From an uncultured Acidobacteriota bacterium (GTDB taxonomy: Bacteria; Acidobacteriota; Polarisedimenticolia; J045): a stretch of DNA of 64,000 nucleotides. The notes under the pieces were generated by a model that saw only the letters and a program-made list of their open reading frames with translations, was not told the origin of the DNA and searched no databases. The stretch lies in assembly GCA_963702425.1 (NCBI GenBank), contig CAVPCQ010000015.1, positions 32,001 to 96,000 of the forward strand, written 5' to 3'. Made by a program: the position numbers and the translations under genes. Shown here in pieces: positions 32,776-43,194 of this stretch (positions within the stretch are counted from its first letter, which is position 1; each line of letters starts with the position of its first letter).

Positions 32776-33462
32776 GTGGCAAGCGACCGCATCACGCTCG
32801 TCGAGGACGATCCGGACATTGCCGAGGTCCTGCGCTACAACCTCGTCAAGGAGGGGTTCCAGGTCGACGTCTTCGGCCGCGGCGACTCGGCCCTGGCGGG
32901 AATCCGGAGCCTGCCGCCCGACCTGGTGCTGCTCGACCTGATGCTGCCGGGAGTGGACGGACTCGAGATCTGCCGGCTGCTCAAGCGCGAGGCCAGGACC
33001 GCCACCATCCCGCTCGTCATGCTGACCGCCAGGGGCGAAGAGACCGACCGGATCGTGGGCCTGGAGTTGGGCGCGGACGACTACATCCCGAAGCCGTTCA
33101 GCACGCGCGAGGTGGTGCTGCGGATCAAGGCCGTCCTGCGGCGCCACAAGGGGGCCGGCAGCGGGTCGGGCGAGATGCTCGAGGCCGGCCGGGCGCGGCT
33201 CTTCCCCGCCGACCACCGGTTCGAGATCGACGGCAGCGAGGTTCTCCTCACCGCGACCGAGTTCCGCCTGCTCCACTTCCTCATGGCCCGGCTCGGCCGC
33301 GTGCAGAACCGCAGCCTGCTCCTGACGGAGGTCTGGTCCTACACCGAGGGGGTCGACAGCCGCACGGTGGACACTCACGTGCGCCGGCTGCGCCGGAAGC
33401 TCGGTCCGGAGGCCGACCGGATCGAGACGATCGTCGGCGTGGGGTACCGCTTCCGGCCGTAG
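32776..33462 (+). CDS. phoB: Phosphate regulon response regulator (OmpR family)
   Basis: VEDD, PDLVLLDLMLP, MLTARGEETDRIVGLELGADDY, RTVDTHVRRLR, IETIVGVGYRF; GTG start inferred. Confidence 0.9.
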   Translation: MASDRITLVEDDPDIAEVLRYNLVKEGFQVDVFGRGDSALAGIRSLPPDLVLLDLMLPGVDGLEICRLLKREARTATIPLVMLTARGEETDRIVGLELGADDYIPKPFSTREVVLRIKAVLRRHKGAGSGSGEMLEAGRARLFPADHRFEIDGSEVLLTATEFRLLHFLMARLGRVQNRSLLLTEVWSYTEGVDSRTVDTHVRRLRRKLGPEADRIETIVGVGYRFRP

Positions 33463-33484
33463 GGGCCGGGCTCTGTCCCGGCCC
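33459..33484 (+). repeat. GTAG-family REP-like palindrome, copy 2
   Basis: GTAG-GGGCCGGG-CTCTGT-CCCGGCCC; the GTAG contains the phoB stop codon. Confidence 0.7.
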
Positions 33485-33494
33485 GGACCCGCGT

Positions 33495-34850
33495 CTAGAA
33501 CGTCAGCACGAACCTCGAGCCCTGCCCCAACTCCGACTCGACCCGCACCTGACCACCGTGCAGTCTCATCAGGTGCTTCACGATCGCCAGCCCCAGGCCG
33601 GTGCCGGCGCGCTCCCGCGACCCGGCGTCGGCCCGGAAGAAGCGGTGGAAGACCTTGTCCAGGGCGTCGGCCGGGATGCCGATTCCGGTGTCCTCGACCT
33701 CGATCACGGGATGCCCTTCGAGGACCCGACCGCGCACGGTCACGCGCCCGCCCGGCCGGTTGAACTTGATCGCGTTGTCGACCAGGTTGACCAGCACCTG
33801 CTCGAGTCGCCGCCGGTCGGCGCGGAGCCGCAGGGGTGCCGGGGCGTCGATCTCGAGCGTCAGCTTGGACTCGGCCGCGAGGTGGGCGTGCTGGGCGACC
33901 ACGTCGCGCAGCAGCGCCGACGCGTCGAGATCCACAGGATCGAGCTTGATCGCTTCGGTCTCGATCAGCGACAGGTCCGTCAGGTCGGCGAGCAGCGCTT
34001 CCATCCGCTCGACCTGCCGGGCCGAGATCCCGAGAAAACGCATCGCGATCCCGGGGTCGGAACAGCGGTCCTCGAGCAGGGTCTCGACCGCGGCCTTGAT
34101 CGACGTGATCGGGGTGCGCAGCTCGTGCGAGACGTTGGCGACGAACTCGCGTCGCACGCGCTCGAGCGCCTCGAGCCGCGTGATCTCGTAGAGCAGGACG
34201 ATCGCCCCGCGCGAACCGCCGTTGACCGGGACCGCGGTGACTTGGACGTCGAAGGACCGCCCCGTCACCGGATCGGCGTAGGTCAGCTGCCCGTCCTCCT
34301 CGCCCGCCAGCACGCGCCCGACCGCGTCGATCACCGCGGGGATCCGCAGGACCTCGCTGATCGGTCGGGGCACGGGATCGGTCCGCATCGAGCAGATCGA
34401 GCGGAAGCTGTCGTTCGCCAGCTCCAGCCGGCCGTCCGCCCCCACGACGCCCAGCGCCTCGCGCATCCGCCCGATCACGGACCGCAACAGCGTCCGCTCG
34501 CGCTCCGCGGCAGCGGCCCGTCCCACGAGCGCGGCCCTCAGGCTCTCGACGGCCACGATCAGCCGGGCCAGGTCGTCGTGCTCGTCGGCGGTCTGGATCG
34601 GACGGTCGGCAGCGCCTGCCAGGGCGCTCTCGGCCGCCTCCGCGACCTGTTCGATGCGCTGCGCCTGGCGGCGCAGCACCCACGCTGCCAGCGCCAGCGC
34701 CGCGGCCACCGGCACGGAGAAGAACGGCAGCAGGCGCCAGAATCCGGGCGCGCCCGCCCCCGTCACCGCGACCGCGGCTGCGAGTCCGCCGAGTGCGGCG
34801 GTGCTCACACCCGCGGCGAAGATGCTCCAGAGCCGGTTTCGGGCCCGCAT
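33495..34850 (-). CDS. phoR: Phosphate sensor histidine kinase
   Basis: 2 TM, HAMP/PAS-like region, FVANVSHELRTP, NLVDNAIKF, DTGIGI, GTGLGLAIVKH; directly downstream of phoU. Confidence 0.9.
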   Translation of the reverse strand: MRARNRLWSIFAAGVSTAALGGLAAAVAVTGAGAPGFWRLLPFFSVPVAAALALAAWVLRRQAQRIEQVAEAAESALAGAADRPIQTADEHDDLARLIVAVESLRAALVGRAAAAERERTLLRSVIGRMREALGVVGADGRLELANDSFRSICSMRTDPVPRPISEVLRIPAVIDAVGRVLAGEEDGQLTYADPVTGRSFDVQVTAVPVNGGSRGAIVLLYEITRLEALERVRREFVANVSHELRTPITSIKAAVETLLEDRCSDPGIAMRFLGISARQVERMEALLADLTDLSLIETEAIKLDPVDLDASALLRDVVAQHAHLAAESKLTLEIDAPAPLRLRADRRRLEQVLVNLVDNAIKFNRPGGRVTVRGRVLEGHPVIEVEDTGIGIPADALDKVFHRFFRADAGSRERAGTGLGLAIVKHLMRLHGGQVRVESELGQGSRFVLTF

Positions 34851-35542
34851 CAGCCGCGCGGTTCGCCCTCGTCGCCCATCCAGGAGTGCTTGATGATCTT
34901 GCCTTCGACCGAGTAGACGATCTCCTCGGCGATGTTGGTGGCCTCGTCGCCGATCCGCTCGAACTCCTTGGCGACGAAGATCAACCGGATCGCGCGGCGG
35001 GTGGTGCGCGGGTCCTCCAGCATGTAGGACAGCAGCTCGCGGAACACCGCCTCCATCCGGCTGTCCAGCTCGTCATCGAGCGGGATCACGGCCCGCGCCG
35101 CCTCGGCGTCGCGGTTGACGAAGGCATCGAGTGCCGAGCGGACCATCTCCTGGGCCCGTCGCGCCATCTGCGGGATGTCGACGAGCGGCTTGAGCGGCGG
35201 CTCGGAGCTCAGCTCGATCGCCCGCTGCGCGATGTTCCCCGCGTGGTCGGCGAGCCGCTCGAGATCCGTCGTGATCTGCATCGCGGTCATCACGAAGCGC
35301 AGGTCACGCGCGGCGAGCTGGTAGCGCACCATGAGCTCCATCGTGAACTGGTCGATCTCCAGCTCGAGCTGGTCGATCTGCGCGTCGTCCCTGATCACCT
35401 GCGCGGCGATCCGGTCGTCGCGCTCGACGAGCGCGCGCACGGCGTTGCCGATCGCCTGCTCGACGAGGCCGCCCATCCGCTGGACCATCGCGCCGAGCTG
35501 GTCGAGCTGGTGCTCGAAGTGTCGTTCCATCGATCCGGTCAT
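34850..35542 (-). CDS. phoU: Phosphate signalling protein PhoU
   Basis: ARDLR, DLERLADHAGNIA, FERIGDEATNIAE. Confidence 0.96.
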   Translation of the reverse strand: MTGSMERHFEHQLDQLGAMVQRMGGLVEQAIGNAVRALVERDDRIAAQVIRDDAQIDQLELEIDQFTMELMVRYQLAARDLRFVMTAMQITTDLERLADHAGNIAQRAIELSSEPPLKPLVDIPQMARRAQEMVRSALDAFVNRDAEAARAVIPLDDELDSRMEAVFRELLSYMLEDPRTTRRAIRLIFVAKEFERIGDEATNIAEEIVYSVEGKIIKHSWMGDEGEPRG

Positions 35543-35565
35543 GGTCTCGTCCTCGATACAGGCAG

Positions 35566-36474
35566 CTAGCCGAAGCGTCCCGTGATGTAATCCTCGGTCT
35601 GCCTCTTCATCGGGTTCAGGAAGAGCTTCTCGGTCTTGCCGTATTCGATCATCCGCCCGAGGTACATGAACGCCGTCAGGTCGGAAACGCGCGAGGCCTG
35701 CTGCATGTTGTGGGTGACGATCACCAGCGTGTAGCGGTCCTTCAGCTGCTGCATCAGCTCTTCGATCCGTGCAGTCGCGATCGGATCCAGCGCGGAGCAG
35801 GGTTCGTCGAGTAGGATCACCTCCGGCTCGACCGCAATCGCGCGGGCGATGCAGAGCCGCTGCTGCTGTCCGCCCGACATCCCCAGCGCGCTCTCGCCGA
35901 GCCGGTCCCTGACCTCATCCCAGAGCGCGGCGCCCTGGAGGCTGCGTTCGACCGCCTCGTCGAGGTCCGATTTCTTCCGCACGCCGTGGATCCGGAGCCC
36001 GTAGGCGATGTTCTCGTAGATCGACTTCGGGAACGGATTCGACTTCTGGAACACCATCCCGATCTGCTTGCGCAGGCTGTTGACCTCGAGCCGCGGGTCG
36101 AAGATGTTCCCCCCCTCGAAGCCGATCGTGCCCTCGGTGCGGACACCGTCCACGAGGTCGTTCATCCGGTTGAAGCAGCGCAGGAGCGTCGACTTGCCGC
36201 AGCCCGACGGCCCGATGAAGGCGGTGATCCTGTGCCGCGGAATCCGCATCGACACGTCGAACAGCGCCTGCTTCTCGCTGTACCAGAGCGACAGGTGATC
36301 GACGGTCAGCACCGGGTCGCCGACCTCGGGGTTGAGGGCGGGGTCGTGGGCGGGGTCGGGGTCGGAGGCCGGATCGGGGGTTCCGGTCCCGGTCATCTCG
36401 GGGGTCGGGCTCATCGGCTCCGGCTCCGGGCTGGGCTGGGGCGGCAGGGGATCGAGTTGGCGTTCGGCCGACAT
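35566..36474 (-). CDS. pstB: Phosphate ABC transporter ATPase
   Basis: [42 protein letters not shown]; Pro/Asp-rich N-extension. Confidence 0.97.
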   Translation of the reverse strand: MSAERQLDPLPPQPSPEPEPMSPTPEMTGTGTPDPASDPDPAHDPALNPEVGDPVLTVDHLSLWYSEKQALFDVSMRIPRHRITAFIGPSGCGKSTLLRCFNRMNDLVDGVRTEGTIGFEGGNIFDPRLEVNSLRKQIGMVFQKSNPFPKSIYENIAYGLRIHGVRKKSDLDEAVERSLQGAALWDEVRDRLGESALGMSGGQQQRLCIARAIAVEPEVILLDEPCSALDPIATARIEELMQQLKDRYTLVIVTHNMQQASRVSDLTAFMYLGRMIEYGKTEKLFLNPMKRQTEDYITGRFG

Positions 36475-36499
36475 GTTAGACGCCTCCGGGCGCCGGTGC

Positions 36500-38170
36500 T
36501 CAGACCGCGCTCGTCGCGTACCGGCGCCGCAGCCGGTTGCGGATCGCGATGGCCGCGAGGTTCATGACCATCACGACCGCCACCAGCAGCAGCGCGGTCG
36601 CGAAGACCAGCGGCTTGGTCGCCTCGACGTTCGGGCTCTGGAAGCCGACGTCGTAGATGTGGAACCCGAGATGCATGAACTTCCGTTCGACGTGGACGAA
36701 CGGGGCCTGCCCGTCCACGGGCAGCTCCGGCGCCAGCTTCACCATCCCCACGATCATCAGCGGCGCCACCTCGCCGGCCGCGCGCGCCATGGCAAGGATA
36801 AGCCCGGTCAGGATCCCCGGCGCGGCGGCCGGGACCACGACCTTCCAGGTGGTCTCGAACCGGGTCGCCCCGAGGGCCATCGACCCCTCGCGCGCGGCGC
36901 GGGGCACGGCCGCCAGCCCTTCCTCCGCCGCCACGATGACGACCGGGACCGTCAGCAGGGCCAGCGTCAGGCTGGCCCAGAGGATGCCGCCGGTCCCGAA
37001 GGTGGGGGTGGGCAGCGCCTCGGGGTAGAACAGCCGGTCGATCGACCCGCCGACGAGGTAGACGAAGAACCCCAACCCGAACATCCCGAAGACGATCGAG
37101 GGGACGCCGGCGAGGTTGTTCACGGCGATCCGGACGGCCCGCACCAGCGGCCCCTGCCTGGCGTACTCGCGCAGGTAGACCGCCGCCAGGACCCCGAACG
37201 GCGAGACGAAGAAGGTCATGATGAAGACCATCATCACGGTGCCGAAGATCGCCGGGAAGATCCCGCCCTCGGTGTTCGACTCGCGCGGCTCGCCGCTCAC
37301 GAACTCCCACAGGCGGGACGCGTACAGGGCGAGCTTCCCGCCGAATTCGAGTTCGTTCGGCCGCAGCGCCCGCACGACGACGCCGAGCGGCAGTTCCTTC
37401 CTGGTCCCGTCCGCGGCCTCGACGACCAGGATCTCGCGGCCCCATTCCTCGCGCAGCGCGGTCAGCTCCGCGGCGCGGGCTTCGAAGCGCTGCCGGAGGG
37501 CCGCGAGCTGGGCGTCGATCGCCTGCTCGCGCCGCGCCCGCTCGGCTTCCGGGAGGTCCTTCAGGCGCAGGCCTCGGCGCTGCCGGTCGAGCGCCTGGAT
37601 CTCGCGGTTGATCGATCCGATCGGACCTCGCTCGAGCGCCCGGATCGCCTTGAACTGGCGCTCCTTGACCGGCTGTTGCTCGTGGAACGCGCGCCACGTC
37701 GCTTCGCTTCCGCTGGCCAGTTCGCGGTCGCCGGCGCGCAGCGCCGCCAGCCGCCCGTAGAAGTTCCCCCACTCCAGTCGCTCGAGCAGCACGGCATCCG
37801 CGGGGTAGGTGATCGAACGGACGTCCTTTTCGTCGAACCAGGCGAAGTCGGCGCCCGTCAGGTCGCGGTTCCCGCCCTTGAGCTGGAGCCGGGCGATCTC
37901 CTCGACCGGCCCCGTCTTCTCCCGCTGCACGGAGGCCGTCTCGCGGACGTGGATCTCGCCCATCACCCGCCGGCCGTCGGCCAGTTCCAGCTCCGCGACC
38001 CGGTTCGGCCAGAAATAGAACATGCCGTTCGCCGCGAGCAGCACGAGCAGACCGATCACCAGCAGCAGCGACAGGGCCAGCGCGCCGCCCGCAAGCGCTA
38101 CCAGGTGGTCGCCCAGTCTGTCCCGCTTCGCTCCGATCCGGGTCACCGGGCGCCCCTCAGAGGTTCGCAT
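36500..38170 (-). CDS. pstA: Phosphate ABC transporter permease PstA (long form)
   Basis: [39 protein letters not shown]. Confidence 0.95.
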   Translation of the reverse strand: MRTSEGRPVTRIGAKRDRLGDHLVALAGGALALSLLLVIGLLVLLAANGMFYFWPNRVAELELADGRRVMGEIHVRETASVQREKTGPVEEIARLQLKGGNRDLTGADFAWFDEKDVRSITYPADAVLLERLEWGNFYGRLAALRAGDRELASGSEATWRAFHEQQPVKERQFKAIRALERGPIGSINREIQALDRQRRGLRLKDLPEAERARREQAIDAQLAALRQRFEARAAELTALREEWGREILVVEAADGTRKELPLGVVVRALRPNELEFGGKLALYASRLWEFVSGEPRESNTEGGIFPAIFGTVMMVFIMTFFVSPFGVLAAVYLREYARQGPLVRAVRIAVNNLAGVPSIVFGMFGLGFFVYLVGGSIDRLFYPEALPTPTFGTGGILWASLTLALLTVPVVIVAAEEGLAAVPRAAREGSMALGATRFETTWKVVVPAAAPGILTGLILAMARAAGEVAPLMIVGMVKLAPELPVDGQAPFVHVERKFMHLGFHIYDVGFQSPNVEATKPLVFATALLLVAVVMVMNLAAIAIRNRLRRRYATSAV

Positions 38171-40424
38171 ACTTGCGGCGGAGGTTCTGGCGCACGACTT
38201 CCGCCACGGTGTTCACGGCGAAGGTCAGAGCGAAGAGCAGCAGCCCGGCCAGAAAAAGCACGCGGTAGAGGGTCCCGCCCGCCGGCGCCTCGGGGATCTC
38301 GACCGCGATGTTCGCGGACAGCGTGCGGAAGCCGTTGAACGGGCTCCAGTCCATGATCGGCGTGTTGCCGGTCGCCATCAGCACGATCATCGTCTCGCCC
38401 ACGGCGCGGCCGAAGCCGATCATGATGGCCGAGAAGATCCCGGCGCTGGCGGTCGGAAGCACGACCTTCGCCACCGTCTGCCAGCGGCTGGCACCGAGCG
38501 CGAGCGAGCCCGCAACGAGACTCTGCGGCACGTTCGAGAACGCCTCTTCCGCGACCGAGAAGATGATCGGGATCACCGCGAAGCCCATCGCCAGGCCGAC
38601 CACGACCGCGTTGCGCTGGTCGTAGCCAAGGCCCGCGGTCTCGAGCAGCCAGGACTGGAAGCGCCCCCCGAAGGCCCAGTTCTCGAGGACCGGGCCGAGC
38701 TGGAAGGCCAGCCACGCGCCGAACGCCAGGAAGAAGACCCCGGCCACGACCTCGCTCCCGGCGGGGAACCGCCCGCGCAGGCCGGGCGGCAGCGAGCGCC
38801 AGGCGACGCCGGTGAGGAGCGCCATCAGCGGCAGGATCAGGATCAGCAGCAGCAGGCCGGGGAACGCCCGGTCGAGCCGGGGGGCCAGCCAGAGCCCGGC
38901 GATGAAGCCCAGCACGACCGAGGGCAGGGCGGCCATGATCTCGACCGCCGGCTTGACGAAGCGCTTGAGCGAGTGGTGCATGAACTGCGAGGTGTACATC
39001 GCGCCGAAGACGGCGAGCGGGATTGCGAGGATCAGCGAGTAGAAGGTTCCCTTGAGCGTCCCGAAGAGCAGCGGCGTCAGGGAGAGCTTCGGCTCGAAGT
39101 CGTCGGTGCCGCTGCTCGACTGCCAGGTGAAGCGCGGCTCCTCGTAGCCTTCGTACCAGACCTTCGAGAACAGCGCCTCGAGGCTGACCTCGGGGTGTGG
39201 GTTGTCGATCAGCAGCTGGGCGAGGCGCTCCGGCCCGGAGACGAAGACCGCGTCCGCCTTGGGTGCGTAGAAGACCGACGTTGCGCCCTCGATCGGCGCG
39301 CGGCCGGCCCAGAGGATGCGGTGGGAGGTCGAGTAGTAGAGGCCGAGTCCCCCCGCCCCGTCGAGGGCCACGAACCCCTTGTCGCGCGGCGAGGGGGTCA
39401 CGGCGCGGATCGGGCCGGCCTGCGCGGGGAAGTCGCGGATGCGGGTGAGCTGGAAGTCCTGTCCCGCGCGACGCACCGGGAACCAGACGCTGATCGAGCC
39501 GTCCTGCTGGCCGACCACCAGCGAGCGGTGGCCGTTGAGCAGGCTCAGGGCGGTGACGGCGGATCCGCCAGCCGGCACCACCTGCGGCGCAGCGGGGGCG
39601 TCCTCGCCGAGGCGCCACCAGAGCAGCCGCCCGCTCGCGGTGCCGCCATAGACGTTGCGCCCGTCGCCGTCGACGACCAGCGCGGTCACGGGCTCGGGGA
39701 GCGGCGCGACCGAGCGGTCGAGGGTCTCGGCCCGCTCGCTGGAGAATGCGTTCTCGGTGACGCGCAAGCGCACGATCGCCAGGCCTTCCGAAGTCGGTGC
39801 GGCGGCGATCGCCTGGCCGTCCGCGGCCGCCGCACCCGCGAAGACGGTCACCGGGCGCCGCGCCGGATCGACCTCGAGTGCTGCGCCGCCGAGGATCTCG
39901 ACTGCGGTCCGGCGCACCCCCTCGGTGAACTCCGCGGTGAACCGCACCGGCTCGACGAGGACCCGTCCGTCCTCGGTTCCAGCGACGAACGCCGCGCTGC
40001 CGGGAGCGACCTGCACCCCCGTCAGCCGCGGGGCCGGCGCCTCGGTTGTCGACGCGACCACCGGACGGTCGAGCACGACCCTGCCATCCGCGAGCTGCAC
40101 CGCGCGCAGCCTCCCGTCGGTGCCGAGGTGGGCGACCAGGCTGCGGTACTCGTCGGCGACGATCGCGCCGCCCGGCAGGGAGGGGACGCGCTCCACGACG
40201 GCCGCCTCGACCCGGGCCCCCCGCAGGAGCGGCCAAGCCGCCACGAGGATGAACAGCAGGATGCCGAGGATGCTGACGATGACCGCCACCCCGCCGCCCA
40301 CCACGCCCCAGGTCCCCAGGCGGTCGGCGAGGAGCCGCACCGGAGAGGTGCCGCGCGTCATGCGCGGCACACCGCGCTCCTCGCGCGGCCGATCGGGGAG
40401 CAGGTCCGGGGCAGCGGCCATCAC
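38157..40424 (-). CDS. pstC: Phosphate ABC transporter permease PstC (long form with periplasmic propeller-like domain); start uncertain
   Basis: WQSSSGTDDFEPK, EIMAALPSVVLG, GRAVGETMIVLMATGN. Confidence 0.95.
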   Translation of the reverse strand: MMAAAPDLLPDRPREERGVPRMTRGTSPVRLLADRLGTWGVVGGGVAVIVSILGILLFILVAAWPLLRGARVEAAVVERVPSLPGGAIVADEYRSLVAHLGTDGRLRAVQLADGRVVLDRPVVASTTEAPAPRLTGVQVAPGSAAFVAGTEDGRVLVEPVRFTAEFTEGVRRTAVEILGGAALEVDPARRPVTVFAGAAAADGQAIAAAPTSEGLAIVRLRVTENAFSSERAETLDRSVAPLPEPVTALVVDGDGRNVYGGTASGRLLWWRLGEDAPAAPQVVPAGGSAVTALSLLNGHRSLVVGQQDGSISVWFPVRRAGQDFQLTRIRDFPAQAGPIRAVTPSPRDKGFVALDGAGGLGLYYSTSHRILWAGRAPIEGATSVFYAPKADAVFVSGPERLAQLLIDNPHPEVSLEALFSKVWYEGYEEPRFTWQSSSGTDDFEPKLSLTPLLFGTLKGTFYSLILAIPLAVFGAMYTSQFMHHSLKRFVKPAVEIMAALPSVVLGFIAGLWLAPRLDRAFPGLLLLILILPLMALLTGVAWRSLPPGLRGRFPAGSEVVAGVFFLAFGAWLAFQLGPVLENWAFGGRFQSWLLETAGLGYDQRNAVVVGLAMGFAVIPIIFSVAEEAFSNVPQSLVAGSLALGASRWQTVAKVVLPTASAGIFSAIMIGFGRAVGETMIVLMATGNTPIMDWSPFNGFRTLSANIAVEIPEAPAGGTLYRVLFLAGLLLFALTFAVNTVAEVVRQNLRRKYANL

Positions 40425-40451
40425 TCGTCCTGTCGGGAACCGGGGGGCGCG

Positions 40452-41426
40452 TCAGTCGAGTTTCTTCAGCTCCTCGGCGATCATCTTTGCCGTCATCGGC
40501 AGGTAGCCGTCCTTGACGACGATCTCCTGGCCCGAACGCGACAGCGCGTAGACGAGGTACTGCTTGACGGTCGGATCGAGCGGCTCACCCGGCTTGCGGT
40601 TGACGTAGATGTAGAGAAAGCGCGAGAGCGGGTACTTCCCGGTCAGCACGTTCTCGAACTCGTCGTTGATGTAGGGCTCACCCGACTTGGCGGCCAGCGC
40701 CAGCGTCTTCACGCCGGAGGTCTTGTACCCGATGCCGCTGTAGCCGATGCCGTAGAGGTCCTTCTCGATCCCCTGAACCACCGACGCGGACCCCGGCTGC
40801 TCCTTCACGGTGTCCTTGTAGTCGCCCTTGCAGAGCGCGTGCTCCTTGAAGTAGCCGTAGGTGCCCGAGGCGGAGTTGCGACCGTAGAGGCTGACCGGCT
40901 TGTCGGCCCAGGCGCCCGTCAGGCCGAGCTGGCCCCAGGTCGCGACCTCGGCGGGGGCGCCGCAGGCGCGGTTCTTCGAGAAGATCGCGTCGACCTGCTG
41001 CATCGTCAGCTGGTTGAGCGGGTTGTCCTTGTTGACGAAGACGGCGAGGCCGTCGATGGCGACCCGGATCCCGAGCGGCTTGTAGCCGAACTTCTTCTCG
41101 AATTCGTCGAGTTCGGAGGCCTTCATCGTGCGGCTCATCGGGCCGAACTGCGCGGTCCCCGAGATCAGGGCCGGGGGCGCCGTGGAGGACCCCTTGCCCT
41201 CGATCTGGACCTTGACGTTGGGGTAGATCCCGCCGAACCCCTCGGCCCAGAGCGTCATCAGGTTGTTCATCGTGTCCGAGCCGACCGAACCGAGGTTGCC
41301 TGCCACGCCGGAGGTTTTCGCATAGACCGGGACTCCCGGGTCCACCTTCACCGCCTGGGCCAGCGCCAGGCCGATCACCGTCAGGGATACGAGGGCCGTC
41401 AGCGCCCCGCGGAACATCCGTCTCAT
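40452..41426 (-). CDS. pstS: Phosphate-binding periplasmic protein
   Basis: Signal peptide; [34 protein letters not shown]; AGGAGA RBS. Confidence 0.95.
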   Translation of the reverse strand: MRRMFRGALTALVSLTVIGLALAQAVKVDPGVPVYAKTSGVAGNLGSVGSDTMNNLMTLWAEGFGGIYPNVKVQIEGKGSSTAPPALISGTAQFGPMSRTMKASELDEFEKKFGYKPLGIRVAIDGLAVFVNKDNPLNQLTMQQVDAIFSKNRACGAPAEVATWGQLGLTGAWADKPVSLYGRNSASGTYGYFKEHALCKGDYKDTVKEQPGSASVVQGIEKDLYGIGYSGIGYKTSGVKTLALAAKSGEPYINDEFENVLTGKYPLSRFLYIYVNRKPGEPLDPTVKQYLVYALSRSGQEIVVKDGYLPMTAKMIAEELKKLD

Positions 41427-41490
41427 GGGAGATCTCCTTGCGTCCGGGAGGGTCTCGAGCCTCCAGACCCCGCGATTCTGCGGGGCGGGT

Positions 41491-41636
41491 GCGACAGCGC
41501 AGCGTCGCCCCGGTGACATTCGTGTGACACCGCGCGCTTGTGCCGCCAGGCCCAGGGTGCCCCCCGACTGTCACACGGAATCGCAGCTTCTCGTGGATTT
41601 CGCGCGACTGTCACGTGTTGTTCACGCGCGTGTCAC
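41491..41636. promoter_or_regulatory. Divergent Pho-box arrays for pstS and the porin
   Basis: Minus: GTGTCAC (41524-30), ATGTCAC (41513-19), CTGTCGC (41491-97), then CAGAAT 10 nt further on. Plus: CTGTCAC (41608), TGTTCAC (41619), GTGTCAC (41630) at 11-bp period, plus CTGTCAC at 41568. Confidence 0.8.
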
Positions 41637-41724
41637 GCGGGATCGGCCTAATCGCAACGCGGAGGTGACGCCTGGAGACGTCGCTTCCGCCTGATCGCCC
41701 CGGCCGGGGGCTTGCGGAGGAATC

Positions 41725-42992
41725 ATGAACAGGTTCGTTTCGTGCGTGGCGGGGCTTCTGCTTGCGTTCGGCGTCGCCGCCAGCCCGGCGGCCGCCCAGG
41801 AGGTCAAGCCGGCGGAGAAGTAGGAGGAGCCCAAGACGACGGTGGATGCGTCGAAGGGCGGCGCCACCTTCAAGTCCGGCAACAACAGCCTGACGATCGG
41901 CGCCCGCCTGCAGTCCGTGGACCGGCGAGGACCGCGAGGACTTCGACGGCGACACGATCGGTTCCGGCAAGGGGGAAGCGGACGGCTTCACCAGCGCGTT
42001 CGACGTCGCGCGGATGCGCTTGACGCTCAAGGGCGGGATGTGGAAGCCCTGGCTCAAGTACGAGTTCCAGTACGAGTTCGCCCGCACGAGCGGCGCCTCG
42101 AGCAACAAGATCAAGGACGCCTACATCGAGGGCGAGACGTCGAAGACGACGGCGCTCAAGTTCGGGCAGTACAAGGTCCCGTTCAGCCTGCAGCAGCTCA
42201 TCTCGTCGGGACGCCAGGAGTTCGTCGACCGTGCGATCACCGACGCCAAGTTCGACCCGGGCCGGGACGTCGGGCTGAGCCTGTGGGGCACAGCCGCCGG
42301 GAAGCGTTTCGGCTACCAGGTCGGCGTGTTCAACGGCAGCGGCGAGGGCAACCCGCAGGACGACAGCGCGGACCTCTACGTCGGTCGCGTGGTCTGGAAC
42401 CCGTTCGGCGAGTTCAAGCTGTTCGAGTCCGACCTCGACGCTCCGGGCGCGAAACCGGCCCTGCACTTCGGCCTCGCCTACCGGACCGGCGAGCCGGGAG
42501 GGTCTGGTGAGCGCCGGGGTCTTCGAGAACGCCGACGACTAGACGGCGTGGACCTTCGAATCGGCCTTCCGCGGCTACGGGCTCTTCGCGCTCGCCGAGT
42601 ATTTCCGGATGACCGACCAGCTGAGCAACCCGCTCCCGGACCGGGACGTGGACTCCTGGGGCTACGACCTGCAGGTCGGCTACATGATCGTTCCGAAGAC
42701 CTTCGAGATCGCGCTGCGCTACGCTCTCATCGACCCGGACAAGAGCGTTGACGACGCGGACGTGGACGAGTGGCGCCTGGGGTTCAACTACTTCTTCGCC
42801 GGTCACAACCTGAAGCTGCAGGCGGACCTCGGCACGGTGGGCTACGGCAGCAACTACCTCGCCCTGCCGCTCGTCGCGCGGCGCGGCCTGCCGCTGCTCG
42901 GGACGCGGGTCGGCGTCAGCACCAGCGACCCGTCCACCTGGCAGGCGTTCACCGACAAGGTCGCACGACTGCAGTTCCAGCTCTCGTTCTAA
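41725..42992 (+). pseudogene. Phosphate-selective porin (OprO/OprP family), disrupted
   Basis: Signal peptide from ATG 41725; in-frame TAG at 41821; frameshift near 41915; RMRLTLKG..IKDAYI..FGQYKVPFSLQQL..GRDVG; frameshift near 42500; TAG at 42540; ends RLQFQLSF. Confidence 0.8.
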
Positions 42993-42996
42993 CCGC

Positions 42997-43107
42997 GAGC
43001 GGGCGCGCCCGCTGTTCGGGCGTTCCGGGCCGGGCGATGCCCCGTGTGTTTCCGATCCCGAACGCACCGCGTACCGCGCGTTCGGACTGGAGCGCGGCGG
43101 CTGGTCC
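42997..43107 (+). pseudogene. Fragment resembling a peroxiredoxin-like (AhpC/TSA-type, SelL-related) protein
   Basis: Reads ERARPLFGRSGPGDAPCVSDPERTAYRAFGLERGGWS with no start codon; SDPxRxxYxAFGLxRG resembles that family (from memory). Confidence 0.5.
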
Positions 43108-43194
43108 GGGCGTTCCGCCACGAAAACGCGGCCGACCTCCCCGACGACGAGGAACTCACCCGGGGAGCCGGCCGGCAGGGGCGACCTGCTCCGA

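Noticed and set aside
36500-40424. Unusually long PstA and PstC as a novelty
   Set aside because: Long forms with periplasmic domains are known, for example in Pseudomonas-type pst operons.
41821-42542. TAG recoding or pyrrolysine readthrough in the porin
   Set aside because: TAG is the ordinary stop of cydB, xfp, phoB, phoR, pstB and others, and the porin also has frameshifts.
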